Below, one piece after another: positions 8,138 through 16,804 of a stretch of 64,000 bases of DNA (positions are counted from its first letter, which is position 1; each line of letters opens with the position of its first letter). The stretch is from a virus (lineage: Duplodnaviria > Caudoviricetes), in the IMG/VR virus record IMGVR_UViG_3300030433_002269, positions 1 to 64,000 of that record; one strand, 5' to 3'. Under the pieces are notes generated by a model. It made no database searches. It was not told the DNA's origin and saw only the letters and a list, made by a program, of their open reading frames with translations. The position numbers and the translations under genes were made by a program.

Positions 8138-8428
8138 ATGATGAAAATGAAAATAACATATGCTAACGGTCCTGACATGTTCGATGTCGAAGGCGAAATG
8201 ATACCAGTGAGTGGACCTTTTCACGACTTCTTTATTGTAAAGACAGAAGAAGGATACACTGCTATTGCCCCTAACAGAATAATCAGGATGGATATAGACG
8301 AGATACCGGATTTCTTCAAAGTGAGCGTGGACCATATTGCCATGTCAAAGAAGATGTCCATGACTATGATGGAGGAAGACTTCCGCCAGATGAGCACTAA
8401 GGCTGGCCTTGACAACGGTTTCCAATGA
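8138..8428 (+). CDS. Hypothetical protein, 96 aa
   Basis: AGGTGA SD at 8127-8132 before ATG 8138. Confidence 0.7.
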   Translation: MMKMKITYANGPDMFDVEGEMIPVSGPFHDFFIVKTEEGYTAIAPNRIIRMDIDEIPDFFKVSVDHIAMSKKMSMTMMEEDFRQMSTKAGLDNGFQ

Positions 8429-8437
8429 GGTGATTTA

Positions 8438-9199
8438 GTGGTTAAGTTCACTGGAGATAACAAGACCTTGACCAAATTCCTAGAGGGGTTTGGTAAGGAC
8501 TTACAAGACATAGCACTGAGAATATCAGAGGAACAGATTGAGGCTGCTGTGGGTAAAGAGACTCACTATCTCAGGAGACAGATAGGTATCAGGGGTGGCG
8601 AAGAAGGAGTTATTTCCATAAGCGATTTACCTAAGGTAGTGGCCTTCTTGAAGGCTACAAAGGCGGGAGAAGTGACATTCCAACAGATGGGCAAATCTTC
8701 TACATTGCACATATCTTGTGGTAATTCCAAGTTACAAGTGCCTACTTCTAGTTACTTACAATCACAGTCCGATGTATCTCTCATAGAGAAACTGATACGC
8801 AAGAGTGAGAAGAATATGTGGCAATCATGGGCCTCTTTCCCACTAGACTATCATGCCCAAGCGAAAGGTGAGGACTTCTACCCTGCTGCGCAATTCAGTA
8901 AAGTAATCAGTGGGAAGTTTTCCTGTAAATCGGAGTTCGACCCTGACGGCGAGTTTGTAATCAGGGCTGGTTCAAAGGTCAAAGGGAAGATGTTCGTAAG
9001 AGTGCCTCTGACTAATGTAGAGTCGCCACCAAACTCCGCTAATTCTGGATTCGCTTACTGGCTACCTGTCTTGCTATCCAATTTACCATCTGGTGATGTC
9101 ACTATACACACTGGTGATGACACCGTGCTAGTTATTGAGCAGCCCGAAACGGGATTCTTGCTAGTAGTGATGGACCAAGATTACGACGAGGAAGATTGA
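8438..9199 (+). CDS. Probable DNA sliding clamp (divergent PCNA-like)
   Basis: About 250 aa with alternating helix/strand pattern; immediately upstream of polB in a genome encoding RFC. Confidence 0.6.
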   Translation: MVKFTGDNKTLTKFLEGFGKDLQDIALRISEEQIEAAVGKETHYLRRQIGIRGGEEGVISISDLPKVVAFLKATKAGEVTFQQMGKSSTLHISCGNSKLQVPTSSYLQSQSDVSLIEKLIRKSEKNMWQSWASFPLDYHAQAKGEDFYPAAQFSKVISGKFSCKSEFDPDGEFVIRAGSKVKGKMFVRVPLTNVESPPNSANSGFAYWLPVLLSNLPSGDVTIHTGDDTVLVIEQPETGFLLVVMDQDYDEED

Positions 9200-9200
9200 G

Positions 9201-11582
9201 ATGATTATCAACAACTACCGGCCCGATTTAGAAGGAGCCGATTTTATTTACAAGAGGTGGCGTGATTCCGAAGGCAATCTCATCCAAGAGCATGTCAAGG
9301 ACTTTCGCCCTTACTTCTACATCCGGCGTAGAACACCTGACAGGATAGTAAAGAAGGTAATCTCCCGATATCCGGGTAGTTATGTCGACAACTTTGAGAC
9401 CTATACTGCACTTAGAACTGGAGAGGAGTTAATTCGGGTATACGCTCATAGACAGGCAGACCTGAGAGACATGGCCAAAGAGTTCGGTAAGACATGGGAG
9501 GCTGACATGAGCCTTTCAGACCGCTACATGGTTGATGAAATCAAAGAGATGCCAGAGTGGAAACCTCGTGTATGGCACTTCGATTTGGAGTGGGACCCTG
9601 AAGAAAATTTCACTACGGTTATGTCGGTGATTGACTCTTACAACGGTAGGAATGTTACTTTCTGTTGGAGCGAAGAAAGCGCAAAGGAAGAGGGTGACGA
9701 AAAGGGATTTGTCCGTAAAGAGATACGAAGTGTAGACCAAACTGACGACTTAGGTAACAGATTTGAGTTCGATTACGAGCGTTTCTTTTACACCGATGAA
9801 AAGTCTATGCACGAAGCATTTCTCTGTTACCTAGAGGAATGCAACCCTGATATTCTAATTGCTCACGCTATAATGTGGGCTGATTTACCTCATCTTGTTG
9901 AGAGGCTTGATGACTTCCGTAGGCTTAGTCCACTCCGCCGAGTAATCCCACCACCTAAAGGAGAGCGTGGCTACAAGTATACTGCTCAGCCGATAATAGG
10001 TAGACTATGCTTTGACACAGCCGCTCCTCTTGACAGTGGAACTGGATTTGAGAGGGTATGGAAGGACAGTGGTAAGCCCCAGTTAGCATCCCGTAAACTA
10101 GACCACATTACTGGCCCAGATGTATTGGGATACGGTGGTAAAATGGAGATGGATGTATTCACTGGTTGGTATGAGAGGTTCGACGAATACTGTGACTACT
10201 GTATGCATGATACAAGATTGTTGAAGCGTATGGATGAAGAGAATCACATTCTAAATTTCTACCTCAGTCTGCAGCAACTATGTGGGGTAAGTTTCTCCTC
10301 GTGCCACAATGTTACTCGTTTCGCTAGAGGCCTGTTAGGAAGAAGAACAGAGTGGAAAGCACCTACTCGCCCTGACACAGAGCAGAGAGACTACGAGGGT
10401 GCATTTATACCTCCTCCGAAGCCGGGTAGATACGAAGGTGTGGCCTGTGTGGATTACAAGGGGCTGTATCCTTCGTTGATACTGTCGCATAATCTTAGTT
10501 GGGAAACGCAAGTAGACCCAGCCAGAGCGGGCGAGCCGGGTATCCACAAGTTGCCAGACGGTACTTGTTGGGACCAAACCAAAGACGGTTTGCTCCCCGG
10601 AATAGTCCGTGAAATGTTTGCACTTAGAGATGGATACAAGAAGAAGATGCGAGAGGCTGATACTAAGATTGAGCGTGACGGATGGAACACCATGCAACTT
10701 GCTGTAAAGCGTGTCATGGCCTCTTTCTACGGAATGACTGCCAGTGCCCATTGGGGCTGGGCAGACTTTGATATCGCTAATGCAATCACTGCTTGTGGAA
10801 GACAGGCTATCAAATTCCTAATGGAGGAGTCGCAGAACCAAGGCTACGAGGCTATCTATGGTCACACTGATTCCGCATTCGTTAAGGTGCCGTTTGATGA
10901 GGCAAAGGCACTCGCAGACCACCTTACAAAAGAAGTTCAGATTCAATTAAATGCCCACAGTCTATTCGTAGAGTTTGAGGCCTACATGCCTTACTGGCTG
11001 GTTGCTGGAAAGAACCTATACTATGGTATATGCTCTTGGCCACCAGAAGACGAAGGTAAACCTAAGTCCGCTAGATTCGGTAAGATATCTACACTGGCCC
11101 CCATATCACGAAACCTAGAGCGAGATGTATTGGGCATGGTATGCGAAGGTGCTAGTGAAGGAGATGTAATAGATTATGTTAGACCGATAGCCCTGCAAAT
11201 TCAGAAGGGTAAAGCCGACATAAAGAGCATAACAGGGATAACTCGTATCCAAAAGCCACTCCATAAATACGCAGAATCTGTAGGTGTACCGGGAGTAAAA
11301 GGTGCAAGGCACTACAATGAGTGCATAGCGCCCAAATACAACCAGCCTGAATACAACGAAGGTGACAGTGTCCCTTGGGTCTATGTCGATGGTGTACCCG
11401 AATGGAGTAAACCTACTGACATAGTAGCCTACAGAGAGCCCGAGGAGTTAGAAGGCTTTTCCTTAGATTGGGAGAAGATGACTGACCGGCTCATCAAGCG
11501 TAAGATTAAGCCTATCTTTGAGGCACTCCAATGGAACCTAGAGATAGCAAGTGGAGCGGCCAGACCGAAGAGGTATTGGTAG
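9201..11582 (+). CDS. polB: Family B DNA polymerase with 3'-5' exonuclease domain
   Basis: ExoI FDLEWD, ExoIII YCMHD, motif A DYKGLYPS, motif B KRVMASFYG, motif C YGHTDS; no intein. Confidence 0.97.
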   Translation: MIINNYRPDLEGADFIYKRWRDSEGNLIQEHVKDFRPYFYIRRRTPDRIVKKVISRYPGSYVDNFETYTALRTGEELIRVYAHRQADLRDMAKEFGKTWEADMSLSDRYMVDEIKEMPEWKPRVWHFDLEWDPEENFTTVMSVIDSYNGRNVTFCWSEESAKEEGDEKGFVRKEIRSVDQTDDLGNRFEFDYERFFYTDEKSMHEAFLCYLEECNPDILIAHAIMWADLPHLVERLDDFRRLSPLRRVIPPPKGERGYKYTAQPIIGRLCFDTAAPLDSGTGFERVWKDSGKPQLASRKLDHITGPDVLGYGGKMEMDVFTGWYERFDEYCDYCMHDTRLLKRMDEENHILNFYLSLQQLCGVSFSSCHNVTRFARGLLGRRTEWKAPTRPDTEQRDYEGAFIPPPKPGRYEGVACVDYKGLYPSLILSHNLSWETQVDPARAGEPGIHKLPDGTCWDQTKDGLLPGIVREMFALRDGYKKKMREADTKIERDGWNTMQLAVKRVMASFYGMTASAHWGWADFDIANAITACGRQAIKFLMEESQNQGYEAIYGHTDSAFVKVPFDEAKALADHLTKEVQIQLNAHSLFVEFEAYMPYWLVAGKNLYYGICSWPPEDEGKPKSARFGKISTLAPISRNLERDVLGMVCEGASEGDVIDYVRPIALQIQKGKADIKSITGITRIQKPLHKYAESVGVPGVKGARHYNECIAPKYNQPEYNEGDSVPWVYVDGVPEWSKPTDIVAYREPEELEGFSLDWEKMTDRLIKRKIKPIFEALQWNLEIASGAARPKRYW

Positions 11583-11587
11583 GAGGA

Positions 11588-12061
11588 ATGAGTATGACTG
11601 AAATGAATCTAAGAGACTACATATTGAGAGCATTGAGCACCGGAACCATGTCACTGTCAGAAATGAGAACAGCAGACTGGATGAAGGGAAGGAGTGAGAA
11701 CGGACTAAGCGTATTACTGTCGCAAATGAAAGCGGATAAAACCATAGTCAAGGTTGGTAGAGGCGTATACGCTCTACCTACTAAAGGTCCAAAGGAAACG
11801 CATGCTACTGCAGAGAAGATTACTGCTGTATTCGATAGTGTGAAAGCGATGGTCCTTTCTAAAAACCAATCTTATGGTGACAGTGTACTCAAGCCACTGC
11901 GTCTATTTTCAAAGGCCGACCCGGTAGAGCAAATTCGTGTCCGACTGGATGACAAGATATCCCGCATCATGCGTGGTGCAGAGGGTATAGACAATGACGC
12001 TGACATTTACCGTGACATCATGGGCTACTGTGCACTCATGCTAGTAGCAATGGATGAATAG
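11588..12061 (+). CDS. Winged-helix domain fused to DUF1599/Nmad1-like domain
   Basis: N-terminal ...IVKVGRGVYAL; C-terminal KNQSYGDS...IRVRLDDKISRI...DIMGYCAL. Confidence 0.65.
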   Translation: MSMTEMNLRDYILRALSTGTMSLSEMRTADWMKGRSENGLSVLLSQMKADKTIVKVGRGVYALPTKGPKETHATAEKITAVFDSVKAMVLSKNQSYGDSVLKPLRLFSKADPVEQIRVRLDDKISRIMRGAEGIDNDADIYRDIMGYCALMLVAMDE

Positions 12062-12097
12062 AACCACTTAATACAGTGCGATTAGAGAGGGGAAGAT

Positions 12098-13054
12098 ATG
12101 ACAAGAGATTTTGAAGCATACAAGAAGTCCACATACCAGTGGCACCCCGGTCACGAAAAGCATCTAAGGATAACTAAGAGTAGCCTGACATCTGACTTTG
12201 ACTTCTGTCCTAAGCAGTATGAGTTCACTCGTATACAGGGTAGAAAAACACCAGAAACAGATGCCATGCGCAAGGGAACTAACATACACAATGCTATGGA
12301 AGAATTCTATGTATTGGTGAGACCGGTTATTGACAAAGCACTAACCTTCCTAAATCAAAACAAGCGTGGTGAGGCATTTAAGTTGTTCTGGAATAGTGTC
12401 CCTAAGCCCGATGAAGAAAACCCTTGGGAACTGGGCGAAAAGCAGGTTCTACTGAAGCGTATAAACTGGGAACTAGACAGACTAGAACAGACGCAGGGTG
12501 AGAGATTCTTACCGGTCATCAATGAAGATGAGGTGCATGTATTTACCGAACGCACTATCGAATTCAATGGTGAAGAGGTGACTATACCTATTCACTTTGC
12601 TGGAATGATAGACCGTGGATTTGAGAATGATGACGGCACTTACTCATTGATGGAATTAAAGACGGGTAAGTGGAAACAGCGCTGGAAACAAGAAAAGAAC
12701 GACTGGGTCAATGACTCATTCAAAGTAAAGTCTATGCGCACTGAGATGGCATTCTATGTTAAATTACTACAGATGGCAGACCACCCTATGAAGGATGTAA
12801 CCCATTGGGGTTGGTTCTACCCCGATGGTTCCTGTGGCGAAGACAGTGAGAACATACGATTCGTAGACCACTGGGACCACGAGAAGGTAAAGAAAGCCAA
12901 CATGAAAACAGTAGACCGTATGGTAAACAATTTACTTGAGGCCTATCTGATGGACCATTTCCCACCGGACCCGCATGTCAAGAAGTGCGTATGGTGCCCA
13001 TTCGATAAGGAGTGCTCAGTCTGGGCACCCAACGGAGCAGGTGAATTTCTTTGA
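12098..13054 (+). CDS. Cas4-like / RecB-family PD-(D/E)xK exonuclease
   Basis: DFCPKQY, GMIDRG...ELKTGK, C-terminal CVWCPFDKEC (1+3 Cys Fe-S pattern). Confidence 0.9.
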   Translation: MTRDFEAYKKSTYQWHPGHEKHLRITKSSLTSDFDFCPKQYEFTRIQGRKTPETDAMRKGTNIHNAMEEFYVLVRPVIDKALTFLNQNKRGEAFKLFWNSVPKPDEENPWELGEKQVLLKRINWELDRLEQTQGERFLPVINEDEVHVFTERTIEFNGEEVTIPIHFAGMIDRGFENDDGTYSLMELKTGKWKQRWKQEKNDWVNDSFKVKSMRTEMAFYVKLLQMADHPMKDVTHWGWFYPDGSCGEDSENIRFVDHWDHEKVKKANMKTVDRMVNNLLEAYLMDHFPPDPHVKKCVWCPFDKECSVWAPNGAGEFL

Positions 13055-13060
13055 GGTGGT

Positions 13061-14185
13061 ATGATGCGTATCCACTTCGATTTTCCTAGAGAAGTCCTAG
13101 AATTAAGCACAGAGAAAGGCAAGGGCTTCAGGCGCTTAGTTAGAGACCAGTCTGAGTTTGAAAGATACTGGGATGGTAAGAACGGTGTATCCAATGCATA
13201 CATGACAGTGTATGGCTACAGGGCACTGGAGGAACCTAACAGAAAGAGAGTCAATCTACACACGCCGATTATCAGGCATTTTGTTTTAGACTTCGACCCG
13301 AAGAATTTCAAGGACAGGAACAGGCCAGAAGTCAGCCCTGAGATTCCATTAGAGCAGGCACTGAGACTACACTATCACCTATTAGAGGAAGACATAGAAC
13401 ATGGTGTATGGTATAGCGGTGGAGGATTCCACATATGGATAGCACTCGACAAAGCATACACCCCCGCTAGTGGTTCTCACTTATCAGCCGTAAAGGAAGC
13501 AGGTATGCAGAAGGTCAACGAATGGATACGGGATTTCAATCTGTACTGCTCTGACCCTGCTGTACCATTCGACACTAGCGGACTTATCCGCATCCCTAAC
13601 TCATACAATGCAAAGCGTAGTTACTGGAGTATACCACTTACTACAGGTGACTTAGAGAGAGGCCTTGACCACATCATGGAAAAGGCACTTGACCCTGCAC
13701 GGGGGACTATCACATATGGTAGCAAAGGGATTGTGCTAGAAGTGAAAAAGCCGGAAGAACGCCTGCAAATTTTCAACCCTAATTCCAAGCCAATCGACCT
13801 ACCTGTAGTCCAAATAGATGGACTAATCGTCTTGCCCTGCTTAAATCAGGCTGCCTGTCAATTAGGCGGCAACCCGGGCCACGATGCTAGGGTGCAACTG
13901 GTGAAATATCTCGCAAAGAGGCTGAGAAACTTCATGCCTCTATATCGATTCACATCAGACGATTTGGCGCAGCACTCTGAAACGATAGTGCAGTTCATCA
14001 AGGGCCTAGATTGGGCTGACTTTGATGAAGGAGTCACTAGGTATCAAGTCAGCACTATAATCGGTAAAGACTACCCACAGACATGTAAGATGTTGTGGCA
14101 AAAGGGCCACTGCATGGGTAAGTGTCGTTATTGGGATAAAACGGGAGGGATAAAGGATGCAACACAAATTGAGCAATCGATGTAG
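13061..14185 (+). CDS. Archaeo-eukaryotic primase: PriS catalytic domain fused to PriL C-terminal Fe-S domain
   Basis: LDFD, YSGGGFH, RIPNSYN; then LPCL...GHDAR...TCKML...CMGKC. Confidence 0.85.
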   Translation: MMRIHFDFPREVLELSTEKGKGFRRLVRDQSEFERYWDGKNGVSNAYMTVYGYRALEEPNRKRVNLHTPIIRHFVLDFDPKNFKDRNRPEVSPEIPLEQALRLHYHLLEEDIEHGVWYSGGGFHIWIALDKAYTPASGSHLSAVKEAGMQKVNEWIRDFNLYCSDPAVPFDTSGLIRIPNSYNAKRSYWSIPLTTGDLERGLDHIMEKALDPARGTITYGSKGIVLEVKKPEERLQIFNPNSKPIDLPVVQIDGLIVLPCLNQAACQLGGNPGHDARVQLVKYLAKRLRNFMPLYRFTSDDLAQHSETIVQFIKGLDWADFDEGVTRYQVSTIIGKDYPQTCKMLWQKGHCMGKCRYWDKTGGIKDATQIEQSM

Positions 14186-14381
14186 ATTATGCAATGGGCA
14201 CATTGGTAAGATGAACAATAACATTCGTAAGCATGACAAAATATGTTTCAAGTGTGTCAAGAAAACACCACCTGATGAGTATAGATGTAGGGGGATGACT
14301 CTCTCCGGTAATCGCTGTAAGAAATGGCTAGCACCCGGTATACATTATTGTAAAGTACATCTATCTCAGGAGGAGGAGTGA
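14157..14381 (+). CDS. Small double Zn-finger protein
   Basis: CRLC...CFKC and C-x9-C-x9-C-x2-H (RCRGMTLSGNRC...YCKVH). Confidence 0.7.
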   Translation: MQHKLSNRCRLCNGHIGKMNNNIRKHDKICFKCVKKTPPDEYRCRGMTLSGNRCKKWLAPGIHYCKVHLSQEEE

Positions 14382-14506
14382 TGGAAACTGAGAAGGTTGG
14401 GGTTGCGGCTATCGTTACAGCAATAATTACGATAATCATAGTAGCCCCCCTTCTGTTAATACTGATACCAATCGTATGGATTATGAATTTACTATGGGGG
14501 AAATAG
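14381..14506 (+). CDS. Small membrane protein, 41 aa
   Basis: Hand translation METEKVGVAAIVTAIITIIIVAPLLLILIPIVWIMNLLWGK*; GGAGGAG SD. Confidence 0.6.
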   Translation: METEKVGVAAIVTAIITIIIVAPLLLILIPIVWIMNLLWGK

Positions 14507-15211
14507 ATGTCAACACCACCACTTATCATAGACTCAAATGAGAGAGGGACTTTACCGGATGCTGTCGTTAGGATGGCTGACAAATACGGCGTTCCTTACA
14601 AGAAAGAATTCTTACACCATTTAGGTGATTACAAGGCAGGCACTGGTCACATTGAGTGTAAATCGATTGGCGATTTATTTTCATCGGTGTATAATGGTCA
14701 CTTGAACCGCCAGTTAGAAACAATGGATGCTAACTGCGAAAGAGTGTTCTTGGTAGTCCACGGAGATGTAGCCAAATATGTAGCCATTTCCAATAAACAG
14801 GGTCGTAAAACTAGTTACTCTAAAGTCATCAATCAGATGACTGGTATGTTTGCCAGAATCATGGCCGATTTCGACTGTCATGTATACAAGGCCAAGGATT
14901 ACAATGAGGCAGCGATGTTCATTGTCAAACTCCACCAGAAGATGCACAAGCCTGCTTCTAAGCATGGTGCCAAGGCAATCAAGAGAGTCAGCACTAACGA
15001 TGTTAGGGCAGATATGTTGCTCGCAGTGCCCGGATTTGGCCAAGACTTGGTAGAAAAACTGCTAGAGAAATGCGGCTCTATTGAAGAGATGTTGCATGTA
15101 GAATCACTTAAGACGGTGCGAGGGATGGGTACTGTTCTGCGACAAAGACTGTTACATGTCCTAACGAGTGAAGAAGCGGTGAAGGTAGAAAAGCAGTATA
15201 GTCGCAAATAG
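14507..15211 (+). CDS. ERCC4/XPF (Hef/Mus81-like) structure-specific nuclease with HhH domain
   Basis: IIDSNE, GDY...IECKSIGD (ERKxxxD variant), C-terminal VPGFG...VRGMG HhH pair. Confidence 0.9.
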   Translation: MSTPPLIIDSNERGTLPDAVVRMADKYGVPYKKEFLHHLGDYKAGTGHIECKSIGDLFSSVYNGHLNRQLETMDANCERVFLVVHGDVAKYVAISNKQGRKTSYSKVINQMTGMFARIMADFDCHVYKAKDYNEAAMFIVKLHQKMHKPASKHGAKAIKRVSTNDVRADMLLAVPGFGQDLVEKLLEKCGSIEEMLHVESLKTVRGMGTVLRQRLLHVLTSEEAVKVEKQYSRK

Positions 15212-15221
15212 AGGGAAAATT

Positions 15222-16640
15222 ATGATGCAACACACAGCAGACCATTACGAGGCCGTTCAGTCTTATCCTATATTGAAAGGATATCTTGAACATTTTAGAG
15301 AAGTATCGAAGAATAACGAAATCCCCGGATTACTATCGTTTTTCTTCATCCAAGGGCAAGCAGCCCTTCCATTTGTTAGGATTCCGATAGGTGCATCTAA
15401 CATAGACCCAAGAGTCAGTGTGTTCTGGATTCAGGACACTAGAACCGGTAAATCTGTAGCGTTTGAAATCATTCAGAAAATCATGAAAGATTGTGACCTA
15501 GAGTGTATAGATTATACTACTGGTACAGATGCTGCTATGGTGGGCTCATTTACAAGGGTCCGTGAGGGTGATGAAGATGTATTGGTTCAAACACCGGGTG
15601 CATTAGCGGGTAGAAAGGGAATTAACTTCGATGAAGGTTCTGTTATCCTCAAGCCTAGTCAACACTCCGAACAAACTGTATTGTTCTTACAGAGTGCATT
15701 GAATGCTGCAGGTACAGGTAGGAACATCTTGACCAAGCACATGAAAGACGGGACTATCACTATCAAATCTGAAGTTTCTCTGTGGATTACTACTTTCCCA
15801 CCAAAGGGTATCAAGGAGCATGTCCTTGACAAAGGTATTTTCCAGCGTGTATTGCTTTACTGGCGTGATTGGACTCTCGACATGAAGAGAGATGTAGCCC
15901 ACTCCTTGGCGGAGTCGGTGCATAAGCGCCCGTCGTTCACAGTTTCCTATGAAGAAGTAGTGAACTACTTCAAAGACTTAGAAGTCAGACTGAGGGACCG
16001 AGTATTGAACCTAAATGGTATCAGTCACTTAGAGTGGATAGACGGCACTGACGAGGATAAGGAAGCGTGGACTATGAATGCCATGGATGATATGTTCAGC
16101 ATTGACGATTCATATGTCCCTGCTCTGATTGCAGCCATCGACGAATACTACGACATTGTAGAGAACATGGACCCTAAGAAACAGGGTGTATGTGCTTCTT
16201 TCATCATGGGTCTTCAGAACTATACCAACATCATTGCTCACCACATGGCTATGCTAGAGGGCACATGGACTGTAACCGGTCGCCATATTGACATGGCTAA
16301 AGAGATACTTTACGACCTATATCACAACCTAATTCACTGGTTAGAATCAGAAGTAAAGGTCGGTATGCAGGCAGCCGAAACCCGCCAAATGGAGAAGCAA
16401 TGGAAAGACATCTACTTCCGAACCGAGCAATTCGACTTCGGTGACCATCGTGGTGCACATTGGGTCAAGAAGACCGAGATGCTTCAGAACTTCGGTAGGG
16501 CTCAGAATCTAAGCAGCCAGACTAGTATCAACAACCGTTACTCACAAGTGTCAGCCAAGATGTTTGACCAAACCCAAGAGGGTCGCAACAAGTATGTCCG
16601 ACTTAAGGCAGAGTTCCGTAACATGAAGAAGGTGAAATGA
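15222..16640 (+). CDS. Divergent, short MCM-like AAA+ helicase
   Basis: TRTGKS, PGALAGRKGINFDE (MCM GAL...IDE box), Arg-finger-like FQRVLL. Confidence 0.65.
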   Translation: MMQHTADHYEAVQSYPILKGYLEHFREVSKNNEIPGLLSFFFIQGQAALPFVRIPIGASNIDPRVSVFWIQDTRTGKSVAFEIIQKIMKDCDLECIDYTTGTDAAMVGSFTRVREGDEDVLVQTPGALAGRKGINFDEGSVILKPSQHSEQTVLFLQSALNAAGTGRNILTKHMKDGTITIKSEVSLWITTFPPKGIKEHVLDKGIFQRVLLYWRDWTLDMKRDVAHSLAESVHKRPSFTVSYEEVVNYFKDLEVRLRDRVLNLNGISHLEWIDGTDEDKEAWTMNAMDDMFSIDDSYVPALIAAIDEYYDIVENMDPKKQGVCASFIMGLQNYTNIIAHHMAMLEGTWTVTGRHIDMAKEILYDLYHNLIHWLESEVKVGMQAAETRQMEKQWKDIYFRTEQFDFGDHRGAHWVKKTEMLQNFGRAQNLSSQTSINNRYSQVSAKMFDQTQEGRNKYVRLKAEFRNMKKVK

Positions 16641-16804
16641 TGGAGCATAAATGTAGTATTTGTGATAGCGATTTCGACCCAGAAGCAGAGGGCGGTATAG
16701 GTGGTTACTTCGGAGTAGTACCTGTGCAGTTTTGCGTATGGTGCCTAACTAGTCTACACGACATGGCGATTGCCCTAGAGTGGTGCAGAGGCGAAGAGGA
16801 ATGA
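16640..16804 (+). CDS. Small Zn-finger protein, 54 aa
   Basis: Hand translation MEHKCSICD...FCVWCL...RGEEE*; overlaps both neighbours. Confidence 0.65.
   Translation: MEHKCSICDSDFDPEAEGGIGGYFGVVPVQFCVWCLTSLHDMAIALEWCRGEEE

Noticed and set aside
5182-12088. Exact 16-bp match ACAGTGCGATTAGAGA at 5182 and 12073
   Set aside because: One copy is coding and one intergenic; about one 16-mer match of this kind is expected by chance in 64 kb.
12098-13054. Cas4 as evidence of a CRISPR-Cas locus
   Set aside because: No array or other cas genes; solo Cas4-like nucleases are common in archaeal virus replication modules.
14381-14506. Small membrane protein as a holin or lysis gene
   Set aside because: Hydrophobicity alone is insufficient; it sits in the replication operon with no lytic enzyme nearby.
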